From contig PLXZ01000004.1 in NCBI GenBank assembly GCA_003151615.1, positions 239,441 to 303,440 on the forward strand: a DNA stretch of 64,000 nt, written 5' to 3'. The notes under the pieces were generated by a model that saw only the letters and a program-made list of their open reading frames with translations, did no database searches and was not told the origin of the DNA. The translations under genes were made by a program, and so were the position numbers. This document shows, piece after piece, positions 20,002-29,189 of the stretch (position 1 is its first letter; every line of letters begins with the position of its first letter). This DNA is from Candidatus Tayloriibacteriota bacterium (lineage in GTDB: Bacteria > Patescibacteriota > Minisyncoccia > Phycocordibacterales > PALSA-1337).

Positions 20002-21375
20002 CTAGAATCCTCCGCCGAAATCGCCCTTTTCCATGTCGAGGAATGTGGTCTTCTGCTGGTCGAAGTAAAGTTTGACGACGCCCGTCGGGCCGTTTCGGTG
20101 CTTTTCAATGAGAATTTCCGTTTCCTGTTTTTTGCCGCCGCCCTCATCGTTTGCTTCGCGGTGAATAAACATGACAACGTCGGCGTCCTGTTCGATGGAA
20201 CCGGAATCACGGAGGTCGGACAAACGCGGTTTGCCGCCGCGTGTTTCGACTGCTCGGTTGAGCTGGGAGAGGGCAATGACCGGCACTTCCAGTTCGCGCG
20301 CCAGATTTTTCAGCGACCGCGAAATTTCAGTAACCTGCTGGACGAGGTTGTCGGAATTATGGCTCTGTGTCGGCACCATGAGCTGGAGGTAGTCGACGAT
20401 GATGAGACCGAGACCTTTTTCGCTTTTCAAACGTCGTGCAACCGCACGCATCTTCAGAATATTGTTTCCGGCCTGGTCGTCGATGTAGATCGGAGCTTGG
20501 GAGAGCTTGTCCATGGCTTCTTTAATTGCGGCAAAATCACCTTCAACCGAAAGATTTTGTCCGGTGCGCAGTTTCCATGAATCAACCTGCGATTCGGCGG
20601 AGAGCATGCGGTCGACGAGCTGTTGTGAGCTCATTTCGAGCGAGAAAATGCCGACGGGGATGCCGTGTTCGACCGCGGCCTTGCGGGCGATGTCGAGGGC
20701 GAGGGAAGTCTTACCCATCGAAGGCCGAGCTGCCAAAATGATGAGATCGGATTTTTGAAACCCGGCAAGTTTTGAATCGAGATCCTTGAAACCGGAAGGC
20801 ACTCCGCGCAATTCGCCTTTTGTTTTGTGAAGACGATCGAGTCTTTCCCATGCTTCCATGAGCGTGTCCTTGAGTGCGACGAATTTGTGGGAGCCGCTGA
20901 AGTTGGTCACTTCAAAAATCCGTCGTTCGGCCTGGTCAAGAAGTTCCTCAAGGTCGGTCGCTTCGTTCCAGCCGAGTTCCGCGATTTGTTCCGACGCGAG
21001 AATGAGCTCGCGCATGACGTGTTTTTTCTGGATGATTTCCGCGTAATATTTTGCGTTGCTTGAAGAAGGCACGCCGTGGACTACTTCGGTCAAATAGCTC
21101 ATGCCGCCGACCTGGTCGATGGCGTTTTTTTCCTTCAATCGCGATGAAACGGAAAGCAGGTCGATTGGATTTGCCTTCGTGTGGAGATCAAGCATTGCCA
21201 GCCAAATGAGGCGGTGACGGTCGGCGTAGAACGCGCGTTCGGTGACCGTGTCGATGATTTCGTGCATCACTTCCGGCTGAATCATGATCGAGCCGAGCAA
21301 TGCTTTTTCCGCCTCCAAACTTTGCGGAGGAATGCGCAGGTCGCGCGCTTTGAAATAGGGAGATGCTGTTGCCAT
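20002..21375 (-). CDS. dnaB: Replicative DNA helicase DnaB
   Basis: AARPSMGKT, DYLQL, LSQLNR, DLRDSGSIEQDAD, KHRNGPTG; no intein. Confidence 0.98.
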   Translation of the reverse strand: MATASPYFKARDLRIPPQSLEAEKALLGSIMIQPEVMHEIIDTVTERAFYADRHRLIWLAMLDLHTKANPIDLLSVSSRLKEKNAIDQVGGMSYLTEVVHGVPSSSNAKYYAEIIQKKHVMRELILASEQIAELGWNEATDLEELLDQAERRIFEVTNFSGSHKFVALKDTLMEAWERLDRLHKTKGELRGVPSGFKDLDSKLAGFQKSDLIILAARPSMGKTSLALDIARKAAVEHGIPVGIFSLEMSSQQLVDRMLSAESQVDSWKLRTGQNLSVEGDFAAIKEAMDKLSQAPIYIDDQAGNNILKMRAVARRLKSEKGLGLIIVDYLQLMVPTQSHNSDNLVQQVTEISRSLKNLARELEVPVIALSQLNRAVETRGGKPRLSDLRDSGSIEQDADVVMFIHREANDEGGGKKQETEILIEKHRNGPTGVVKLYFDQQKTTFLDMEKGDFGGGF

Positions 21376-21432
21376 GCGGCTATTTTAGCACGATAAAGAA
21401 ACTCTAAAGAAATAATAAAATAGTTCTAAAAT

Positions 21433-21588
21433 GTTTATAAGGTGGGGACAACACCGGTACATATGGCACATTCCTCAAGAACAGAGATTTCTTGCTAGAA
21501 ATCTCTTCGTCCTCGACGCCTGCGCGTCTGCGGATGTCTTTCGGCATGTGCCATATGTACCGGTGTTTTCGAGCTAAACCTTATAAAC
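21433..21588 (+). repeat. Family A branched-hairpin element, divergent copy
   Basis: 22-bp stem aacaccggtacatatggcacat (21450-21567) inside a further gtttataaggt/accttataaac stem; hairpins agagatttct-TGCT-agaaatctct and gacgc-CTGC-gcgtc. Confidence 0.7.
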
Positions 21589-21613
21589 TTTTTTAAATTT
21601 TGTCATTTTTGCC

Positions 21614-21649
21614 AAAAGAAAACCGCCGAACTTTCGTGCGGCGGTTTTC
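21614..21649 (-). terminator. Intrinsic terminator of partner RNA 1
   Basis: GAAAACCGCCG/CGGCGGTTTTC stem, ending UUUUCUUUU on the minus strand. Confidence 0.8.
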
Positions 21650-21696
21650 CCCTCTAAGGTCCTTTTGGATTCGAAACAGACATAGAATTAGTACAT
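21614..21696 (-). ncRNA. Putative ~83-nt small RNA antisense to tRNA mimic 1 (partner RNA 1)
   Basis: Own promoter; 21677-21694 is the exact reverse complement of 21776-21793; ends in a terminator. Confidence 0.65.
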
Positions 21697-21701
21697 CCGT
21701 A

Positions 21702-21729
21702 ATATTAGCAAACACACTATTTTTGTCAA
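21702..21729 (-). promoter_or_regulatory. Sigma70 promoter for partner RNA 1
   Basis: TTGACA-16 nt-TAATAT with extended -10 TG. Confidence 0.7.
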
Positions 21730-21740
21730 GAAAAATTCTA

Positions 21741-21808
21741 AGCCAGCGGAGGGAATCGAACCCTCAGACATTAGAGTACTAATTCTATGTCTGCGCCAAG
21801 CCGCCGGC
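21741..21808 (-). ncRNA. tRNA mimic 1 (Thr-like acceptor, D-arm missing, long anticodon-position arm)
   Basis: Acceptor GCCGGCG/CGCTGGC, T-arm GAGGG-TTCGATT-CCCTC, arm AGACATAGA-ATTAGTAC-TCTAATGTCT; TGtTATATT extended -10 just upstream. Confidence 0.75.
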
Positions 21809-21974
21809 AGGATTTGAATATAACAAATCAGTTATGAAATTCTTATAAAGAAAAGTTAAAATTTCGATAAAAATTTGTATTAGAACATGGAAAAAGAAAT
21901 TTGTGCCAGTCGTGGCGAGGGTGGAAGGGTACGTCACACGCTGTCATTTTTTTGTTATAATCGAGGTATAAATT

Positions 21975-22724
21975 ATGCCCATACATCTTTCAGAAATCGT
22001 ATTTCCGACAGTTTTGAATGTTACGGATCAAGAGATTGATGTTTCTTCGCTTACAGGAGCACAAAAGCAGTTTTATATCGACTTACTTAATGAACTTGTC
22101 TCTTTGTATGAATCAAAAAATAAATCCCGCCTGATTGTCGGTCTTGCGGGGCCAATTGGGGCGGGCAAGACTGTTGTTGCAACTTTGCTTAAGGAATTAT
22201 CGAACCAGGTCAAACTTCCTTTTGATTTTAAATCAGTGACCATTGACGCCTTTCATTATCGAAATGAATATCTGCTTTCACATGTTTTACCAGAAGGTGA
22301 TTCGTTGAAAGATCATAAAGGAAGGTTTGATACGTATGATACTGAAAAGTTAAAAGTCCTTCTGGAAGCTTTTTCAAAGGGTGAGAAAGTAAGTTTTCCG
22401 GCTTATTCAAGAAAGACTCATGAACCAATTGATAATAGCGTTGAAATAAAAAATGAAAAATCACTTCTGTTGATCGAAGGTCTTTGGCTGCTTTCTGGCA
22501 GAGATGGATGGAAAAATGTAAGACCGCTTTTGGATTATTCTTTTTTCATGGATGCCGACAAAGACAAAGTAAGAAGCATGGTTATTTTTAGACATATGAA
22601 GGGAGGCAGAAACGCTGCCGATGCCGATAGATTTTACAATACGGTAGACTCAAAAAATTTTGACGAAGTTATTAAAACAAGGAATGCCGCGGATAGGATT
22701 ATTCCGCCTTATTATCTGCTTTAG
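21975..22724 (+). CDS. P-loop nucleoside/pantothenate kinase-like protein
   Basis: GLAGPIGAGKT, IDAFH, KGRFDTYD, IEGLWLL; AT-rich. Confidence 0.82.
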   Translation: MPIHLSEIVFPTVLNVTDQEIDVSSLTGAQKQFYIDLLNELVSLYESKNKSRLIVGLAGPIGAGKTVVATLLKELSNQVKLPFDFKSVTIDAFHYRNEYLLSHVLPEGDSLKDHKGRFDTYDTEKLKVLLEAFSKGEKVSFPAYSRKTHEPIDNSVEIKNEKSLLLIEGLWLLSGRDGWKNVRPLLDYSFFMDADKDKVRSMVIFRHMKGGRNAADADRFYNTVDSKNFDEVIKTRNAADRIIPPYYLL

Positions 22725-24200
22725 TTATAATTCTTCAATTGTAAAACCCTGTTCTGTATCCTTCACCGAAAAGCCGCGGGATTCGATTTCGGCGCGGAGT
22801 GCGTCGGCTTTTGGCCAGTCTTTTGCGAGGCGGGCGGCGAGGCGGGCTTCAGCGAGGACGGTGACTTCGAGGGGAATTTCCTCTTTTTTGAGGATTGGCG
22901 ACGTAGAAATGGTTGAAATGTCGGCAAGGCGCAGACCGAGGACTTTGTCGAAGTCGAGAATTGTCGTCTTTTTTTCGGCAGGCGACAGGGCAGGGTCTTT
23001 GGTCACTTTCCACATAGTTGCGACGGCCTGGGGCATGTTGAAATCGTCGGTTATGGCAGTTTCGAATTCTTTTTTATATGTTTCGTCCGGCGCAATTTTT
23101 GCAATCCTTTTTAATTTTCCTGTTTTTGCTTTTGTGTCGATTTTTTCCTCCTCGCCCCAGCGGATGATTTCTTCGCACAGTTTTAGCAACGCAGTTTGTG
23201 CGGCGCGGACGGCGTCAAAAGAAAAATTGACTTGCGAACGATAGTGCGAGGTCAGAACCCAATAGCGAAATGCAATCGGAGAGATTTGCTCGGCGACGAG
23301 GTCGGCGAGTTTGAGGAAGTTGCCTTTCGACTTCGACATTTTTTCGTCCTCGACATTCATAAAGCCGCCATGGATCCAGTAATTGACGAACGTTTTTCCG
23401 GTCGCGGATTCCGATTGGGCGATTTCGTTGGTGTGATGCGGAAAAATGAGATCGGTCGCTCCGGTGTGGATATCGATTGTTTTTCCGAGAGCTTTTATCG
23501 ACATTGCCGAACATTCAATGTGCCAACCCGGACGGCCGCAGCCGAACGGCGCATTCCATGCAACGGTTTCATCTTCCTCGGCACTGTCCTTGTTGGCGCT
23601 GAATTTCCAGATGGCAAAGTCCCGCGGATTTTCCTTGTCATATTCGTCGTTGGCGATTCGGCCGTGCTCGTGATTTGCTTGACCTGTAGTACCTGAATCC
23701 GTGTTTGCGATTTTCAAACGGGCGAGCACGCCGTAATTTTTTACTTTATCAATGCTGACATAAATGCCGTCGGCAGTTTTGTAGGCGATACCTTTTTTCA
23801 AAAGCACGCTGATCATTTTAATCATATCCTTCACATGGTCGCGCGCACCGAGAATTTTATGCGGCTTCAAAATGTTGAGCGATTCCATGTCCTCCCAAAA
23901 CAGTTTTTCGTATTTCGCGGTCAAAGTTTCGAGTGTCACGCCTTCTTCGAGGCTGCGGCGGATCGTCTTGTCGTCGACATCGGTGATGTTCATGGCCTGC
24001 TTCATTTTCAAGCCTTCATATTCGAAAACGCGGCGAATCGTGTCGCTCATTATATATGTGCGGAAATTGCCGATATGGGCGAAGTCGTAGACGGTTGGGC
24101 CGCAGTTGTACATGGTGACTTTGCCTTTTTTCAGCGGAACGAACAGCTCTTTTTTCCCGGAGAGCGTGTTGTTGAGGGTGATTGGTCGGACGGATTTCAT
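22725..24200 (-). CDS. cysS: Cysteine--tRNA ligase
   Basis: CGPTVY, HIGN, GRPGWHIECS, KMSKS. Confidence 0.97.
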   Translation of the reverse strand: MKSVRPITLNNTLSGKKELFVPLKKGKVTMYNCGPTVYDFAHIGNFRTYIMSDTIRRVFEYEGLKMKQAMNITDVDDKTIRRSLEEGVTLETLTAKYEKLFWEDMESLNILKPHKILGARDHVKDMIKMISVLLKKGIAYKTADGIYVSIDKVKNYGVLARLKIANTDSGTTGQANHEHGRIANDEYDKENPRDFAIWKFSANKDSAEEDETVAWNAPFGCGRPGWHIECSAMSIKALGKTIDIHTGATDLIFPHHTNEIAQSESATGKTFVNYWIHGGFMNVEDEKMSKSKGNFLKLADLVAEQISPIAFRYWVLTSHYRSQVNFSFDAVRAAQTALLKLCEEIIRWGEEEKIDTKAKTGKLKRIAKIAPDETYKKEFETAITDDFNMPQAVATMWKVTKDPALSPAEKKTTILDFDKVLGLRLADISTISTSPILKKEEIPLEVTVLAEARLAARLAKDWPKADALRAEIESRGFSVKDTEQGFTIEEL

Positions 24201-24207
24201 ATCGAAA

Positions 24208-25182
24208 TTATATCCACTTTTTATGTCTGAACCATCCGAACAGCGACAGTGCCACAGTAATCATGATGCCGACAATAATTTGGAAGTCATACGGTTGTCC
24301 GACGATCGGCGTGTAGTCGGTGCGCATTGCAAAAACGCTGGCAATCAATGTCAGAGGGAAGGTGCAGAAGGCGAGGACGGTGAAGACTTTCATCACCTCA
24401 TTTTGTTTTGCGGAAAGAAGCGAATCGTTCGTGTCGCGCAGTTCGTTGACGAGTTCGCGGTTGTTCGTCGTCAGTTCGTGGATTTTGGCGTATTCCTTCA
24501 AAATGTCCTCAATATATTGTCTGAAGTCGAGGCCGAAAAATACTCCGGCCATCGGCGCGAAAGCCTCGATGACTTCGCGGTGCGTATTGCTGGCCTGCTT
24601 GAAATCGAGCAGTTCGCGGGAAAGATTCGACAATTCCTCGACCATATGGCGCTCGTTACCGGAAAATATTTCGGTTTCGACGTTCAATATTGACTGCTGC
24701 ATGTTGGCGAGATCGTTCAACATGAAAGAATATATTCTCTTCATCATGTAGTAGAAAATGAAGCCGGCATGCGAGCCTTCGACGCGCATATTTTCGGCGG
24801 AACCTGCTTTCGCGCTTCCGTTCAGGATCGAATCGGTCTCGAACACTTTTGAAAAATTGTGCAGAGGCTCGATGACGCTGAATTCGGAGGTTACGATGAA
24901 ATTTTTGCCGATGACGAAATCGATTTCCTTTTCGTCGATGAAATACGCGTTGTGCGTGTGGCCTTTCGCGGTTGCCGGCATTTTTGACCTGATGGGAATG
25001 CGCAAAACGAGATAAATATAGTCGCGATAGCGTTCAGACCGGGGGCGGGAAAATTTCGAGAGCATGTCTTCGCCGACGAGGGGATGAAGGTTGTATTCCT
25101 TGATGAGAGCGGCCACTTCCTCCGATGTGGGGGATTCGGCGTGGACCCAGGTCAGGTCTTTATACGGATATTTTTGTATCAT
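24208..25182 (-). CDS. CorA-family divalent cation transporter
   Basis: QNEVMKVFT, two C-terminal TMs, PLTLIASVFAM (GMN motif altered). Confidence 0.88.
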   Translation of the reverse strand: MIQKYPYKDLTWVHAESPTSEEVAALIKEYNLHPLVGEDMLSKFSRPRSERYRDYIYLVLRIPIRSKMPATAKGHTHNAYFIDEKEIDFVIGKNFIVTSEFSVIEPLHNFSKVFETDSILNGSAKAGSAENMRVEGSHAGFIFYYMMKRIYSFMLNDLANMQQSILNVETEIFSGNERHMVEELSNLSRELLDFKQASNTHREVIEAFAPMAGVFFGLDFRQYIEDILKEYAKIHELTTNNRELVNELRDTNDSLLSAKQNEVMKVFTVLAFCTFPLTLIASVFAMRTDYTPIVGQPYDFQIIVGIMITVALSLFGWFRHKKWI

Positions 25183-25229
25183 AAAAATAAAAAGATGTCG
25201 TCTTGTATTATATAGCAAAGATTGCGATA

Positions 25230-26474
25230 ATGGAACGCATGTTAAAAAATACTATTGGCCTTTGGGTGCGGATAGGAGTGAGCGCCCTATGGGTTCTGTT
25301 GGTTGTCGCTGTTTTTTGGAGCGGACATCACATTGGCTATGAAAGCGGTCTCAACGCCACGGGCAATGTGCCCGGCGCGGATACTTCCGTGGTAACCGAC
25401 GCGCAGTTTGCACCGTTCTGGCAGGTCTGGCACATTCTCGACGACAAATACGTCGCTGCATCGTCGACAAGCTCTCAGACCAAGATTTACGGAGCGATGC
25501 AGGGTCTCGCGGCCAGCTACGGCGATCCGTACACGGTATTCTTCCCGCCGCAGGAAAATAGCAATTTTGAAACTCAAATTCAGGGTGATTTCGAGGGAGT
25601 TGGAATGGAAATCGACATTAAGGACGGAAATCTGACTGTGGTTGCTCCGCTCAAAGGCAGTCCTGCGGAAAAAGCAGGCGTTCATGCCGGGGATATAATC
25701 ACCAAAATTGATGCGACGAGCACCACCAACATGACTTCCGACGATGCCGCGGCAATAATTCGCGGACCGAAGGGCAGTGTGGTCAAACTGACCATCGTGC
25801 GCTCGGGCGAGGCTCAGCCGTTAATCATTCCGGTCACGCGCGATGTTATCAACATTCCGACGGTCACGACCAATCAGATCGGAACGGGTCCTTCGAGTAT
25901 TTTCACCATCCAGCTCATGACATTCACGGCTAATTCTCCGGCTCTGTTCCAGGGCGCCCTGCGGCAATTCGTCGAATCAGGTTCGCATAAGCTGATCCTC
26001 GACCTTCGCGGCGATCCGGGCGGATATCTGGAAGCGGCGTGGGACATTGCCAGCTGGTTCCTTCCGGTCGGAGACGTGGTGGTGACCGAGGATTACGGCG
26101 GAAAACAGCCTTCGCAAGTTTTCAAGAGCAAAGGCTACAATATATTCAACAGCAATCTGCAAATGGTCATTCTTGTCGACGGAGGAACTGCTTCAGCGGC
26201 CGAAATTCTCTCCGGAGCGCTGTCGCAGCACGGCGTGGCGACTCTCGTGGGTACGAAAACTTTCGGCAAGGGTTCCGTTCAGGAATTGATTCCGATTACT
26301 TCAAATACGTCGCTCAAGGTAACAGTCGCCCGATGGCTCACGCCAAACGGCACTAATCTTTCGCACGACGGTTTGGATCCTGATATCGTTGTGCCTGTGA
26401 CCGATGCAGACATTGCCAGCGGCACGGATGTTCAGTTGAAAAAAGCAGAGGCGATACTTAATGCGAAGCCATAG
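25230..26474 (+). CDS. S41 family carboxyl-terminal protease
   Basis: DPYT, PDZ domain, DLRGDPGG, TASAAEI, TFGKGSVQ. Confidence 0.93.
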   Translation: MERMLKNTIGLWVRIGVSALWVLLVVAVFWSGHHIGYESGLNATGNVPGADTSVVTDAQFAPFWQVWHILDDKYVAASSTSSQTKIYGAMQGLAASYGDPYTVFFPPQENSNFETQIQGDFEGVGMEIDIKDGNLTVVAPLKGSPAEKAGVHAGDIITKIDATSTTNMTSDDAAAIIRGPKGSVVKLTIVRSGEAQPLIIPVTRDVINIPTVTTNQIGTGPSSIFTIQLMTFTANSPALFQGALRQFVESGSHKLILDLRGDPGGYLEAAWDIASWFLPVGDVVVTEDYGGKQPSQVFKSKGYNIFNSNLQMVILVDGGTASAAEILSGALSQHGVATLVGTKTFGKGSVQELIPITSNTSLKVTVARWLTPNGTNLSHDGLDPDIVVPVTDADIASGTDVQLKKAEAILNAKP

Positions 26475-26489
26475 AAATTATTAATTATA

Positions 26490-26540
26490 CGTCGAGTACT
26501 CTCGACGTAAGTGTTCGCGAGTACGCTTCCCTTAAAACTT
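26490..26540 (+). repeat. Family C intergenic motif, copy 3
   Basis: cgtcgagtactctcgacgtaagtgttcgcgagtacgcttcccttaaaact. Confidence 0.5.
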
Positions 26541-26564
26541 AAAATAAATAAAGCAAAACATAAA

Positions 26565-27008
26565 ATGAAAATCATACTTACAAAAGATGTTGCCGATGTC
26601 GGTCGCCGATACGAGACAAAAAATATCGCCGACGGATATGCCATTAACTTCCTCATTCCGAAGGGTCTTGCGATTGCCGCCACGCCGGAAGCCGTCAAAA
26701 AAATCGATGCAATTCACGCACGCGAAGAAGGCGACAAGCGCGTTGCCGAAGAGCTCCTTTTGAAGAATTTGGCCGGACTCGATGGCGTGACAATTACAAT
26801 GACAGAAAAAGCCAACCCGAAAGGCAGTCTTTTCGCCGGCATCCACAAAGCCGAAATCATTCCCGAAATTTTGAAGCAGACCCGTCTGCAGATTTCACCT
26901 GAATTCATTGTGCTCGAAAAACCCATCAAGGAAGTGGGAGATCATGTGATTGAAGTCAAAGTGAAAGGAAAGAGTGTGAAGTTCACGCTGGTTGTGAAGG
27001 CGAAATAG
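26565..27008 (+). CDS. rplI: 50S ribosomal protein L9
   Basis: MKIILTKDV, GYAINFLIPKGLA. Confidence 0.96.
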   Translation: MKIILTKDVADVGRRYETKNIADGYAINFLIPKGLAIAATPEAVKKIDAIHAREEGDKRVAEELLLKNLAGLDGVTITMTEKANPKGSLFAGIHKAEIIPEILKQTRLQISPEFIVLEKPIKEVGDHVIEVKVKGKSVKFTLVVKAK

Positions 27009-27079
27009 TTAGTGAGCTAAATTTATAAAGGTTTTTGCGAAGGACTTGCCGGGTTGCCGCCCGGGTCTTTTTCTTTCAT

Positions 27080-27168
27080 CATCATGCAAATGCGAATTTA
27101 ATATTGTTTTAGCAGAAAATATGGCTCTAAATATGGAGCGAGATTTTCGCATTCGCATTTGCATGATG
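27080..27168 (-). mobile_element. Family B MITE-like element, copy 3 (core inverted)
   Basis: Same 18-bp TIR; core is the reverse complement of copies 1 and 2 with a few substitutions. Confidence 0.78.
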
Positions 27169-27171
27169 GTC

Positions 27172-27211
27172 ATATAAAAAGACCTCAGGGAAACCTGAGG
27201 TCTTTTTATAT
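27172..27211. terminator. Bidirectional terminator between rplI and rpmA
   Basis: atataaaaagacctcagg-gaaa-cctgaggtctttttatat. Confidence 0.8.
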
Positions 27212-27228
27212 TTAATCCGGAGGTTTAA

Positions 27229-27501
27229 CTAGATGACGTGCACCACTTTCTTTCGAGAGATTGAATTGTCGAAATTGATCTTGCGCTTCGTGCCGAATTT
27301 GACGATGCCGTCCTTCAGGGCGAAAAGGGTATGGTCCTTGCCCATGCCGATGTTTTTGCCGGGAATGACATCGGTGCCGCGCTGGCGGATGATGATTGAA
27401 CCGGTAAGGATTTTTTCGCCGTCATTGACCTTCACGCCCAGGTACTGTGGGCCGGAGTCTCTGCCGTTTTGCGTTGAACCGCCTGATTTTTTCGTTGCCA
27501 T
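27229..27501 (-). CDS. rpmA: 50S ribosomal protein L27
   Basis: [32 protein letters not shown]. Confidence 0.97.
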   Translation of the reverse strand: MATKKSGGSTQNGRDSGPQYLGVKVNDGEKILTGSIIIRQRGTDVIPGKNIGMGKDHTLFALKDGIVKFGTKRKINFDNSISRKKVVHVI

Positions 27502-27760
27502 AGTGGGAAAAGCATACCAAAAGCCTCCGAAAAATGCAAATTTTAGGCCAAAACCATCAACTTGACCCACCCCCCAAAAGCTGGTGTATCTATTGACAGG
27601 CTTGCCCAAAGATGCTAAGATTGTAGTCCAATAAATGAGACATTAGTTGCCTCATTTTTTGTTTGAAACAGACACGGAAGAGATAACACAGGGCTCAGGA
27701 AGCCACCCAAAAAGTCTTAGAAAAGCTTTAATAGAGCCATAAAATAACTTATCAAATACT

Positions 27761-28267
27761 ATGATCGAATTCATTACAAGCGCGGCCGTGCTTCTTTCGT
27801 CCATGTACGGAACGCCGGCGCAGGCGACTACCACAGCGCCTGAAATCATCGCTTCTTCAACTCAGACGGCATCCATTGTCGTGGCTATTTCGACGACCAC
27901 GTCTTTTACCGACAATGCGGGTGTAATGGCATATGTAAAGGCGCAGTATTGGAATGAACCCATCCTCGTCGACATCGCCCGCTGTGAATCGGCCTTCAGA
28001 CAGTACGATCTGAAAACCGGCGAAGTTCTCCATGGCGTCAAAGACAACCAGGACATCGGCATCATGCAGATCAATGAGCAGTATCAGGGCGCGAAAGCCG
28101 CTTCAATGGGCTATGATATTGATACGGTTGAGGGGAATGTGGCATATGCCGCGTACCTTTACCAGACGCAGGGAGCCGCTCCGTGGAACGCTTCGTCCGC
28201 ATGCTGGAGCAATGCATATGCTTCGGCCGTTGCCGCCGCGAACGCCAATAATGTGGCGGTTAAGTAA
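27761..28267 (+). CDS. Secreted lysozyme-like/lytic transglycosylase (SLT) domain protein
   Basis: IARCES, GIMQIN, GNVAYA, PW..S..CW motifs. Confidence 0.78.
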   Translation: MIEFITSAAVLLSSMYGTPAQATTTAPEIIASSTQTASIVVAISTTTSFTDNAGVMAYVKAQYWNEPILVDIARCESAFRQYDLKTGEVLHGVKDNQDIGIMQINEQYQGAKAASMGYDIDTVEGNVAYAAYLYQTQGAAPWNASSACWSNAYASAVAAANANNVAVK

Positions 28268-28357
28268 ATTTCAAACAAAAATCTAACGCATGAAAAAACC
28301 GAACGGATCTGAAAAGATTCGTTCGGTTTTGCGTTGGGTTTATTTGTCCCGCCGCTA

Positions 28358-29017
28358 TTATTGCAATGGCAAGTGATACTCGTAACCGTCCGGGACAGTG
28401 AGCGAATCCGGATGAATGCCGTTCCAGCTGATGTAGCCGTGCACGACCATGTCGGTCACGAGTGCTTGGAACTGATGTTCGACGGCGTTGACTTTTTTGG
28501 CCAAAGTTTCGGCGGTGTCGTTCGGTTCAATGGGCACGGGCATTCTGAAAAAAACCGGACCTTTGTCGTATTCGTCCGTGACGAAATGCATTGAAACTTC
28601 CGAATGCGTCACTTCGCCGTTTTTGTAAGCGGCGATGACTGCTTCGTGGACATGATGTCCGTAAAGTCCGGGACCCCCAAAACGGGGAAGCGGACCAGGG
28701 TGAATGTTAAAGGTGTTCCAGGGATTGAGACCTTTCGCCAGTTTGAGCCAGCCAGACAAAGCAATGAAATCGGGCCGAGTTGATTCCACGATGCCTTCAT
28801 AGAACGATGTGTCATCAAAAGGTCCCGGAAAGTGTATGAAATGTGTTTTGGAGTGTTTTGCTTTTTCATACACGCCACCGAATGGGTGGTTTGAAACCAC
28901 GGCGACGATATCCGCTTGGAGCGCGCCAGTTTGGGTTGCTTCAACGAGCTTTCCAAAGCCCGAGCCTCCGTTGGTCACGCCGCCTGAGGCGAATACGAGA
29001 AGTCTTGGTTTTTTCAT
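28358..29017 (-). CDS. Formyltransferase, PurN (GAR transformylase)-like
   Basis: VFASG..GS, NIHPGPLPRFGGPGLYG, HFVTDEYDKGP. Confidence 0.85.
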   Translation of the reverse strand: MKKPRLLVFASGGVTNGGSGFGKLVEATQTGALQADIVAVVSNHPFGGVYEKAKHSKTHFIHFPGPFDDTSFYEGIVESTRPDFIALSGWLKLAKGLNPWNTFNIHPGPLPRFGGPGLYGHHVHEAVIAAYKNGEVTHSEVSMHFVTDEYDKGPVFFRMPVPIEPNDTAETLAKKVNAVEHQFQALVTDMVVHGYISWNGIHPDSLTVPDGYEYHLPLQ

Positions 29018-29189
29018 AATGATTTTCAATTTTTAAACTGCAGCTGCCTTAAGATTGGCAAATTGGGGCGTTTTGTCAAGGGTTTTCGTGCCGCTTACCT
29101 TTTTCCGTATCACTGGTTTGACAAATCTCCCATTTTTTGGTAGAAAGCGGACAGTAGAAACGGACAATAACTGCAACTTAACAATTAAT

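Noticed and set aside
21677-21793. Retron msr-msd bounded by a1/a2 inverted repeats
   Set aside because: No reverse transcriptase nearby, and a promoter lies between the two repeat arms.
21741-21808. Standard tRNA or attachment-site tRNA fragment
   Set aside because: No D-stem and a non-canonical anticodon arm, yet both acceptor strands are intact; no integrase or matching full tRNA in the window.
21380-21970. Replication origin next to dnaB
   Set aside because: AT-rich but without a cluster of DnaA boxes; the region is explained by a repeat element and the RNA pair.
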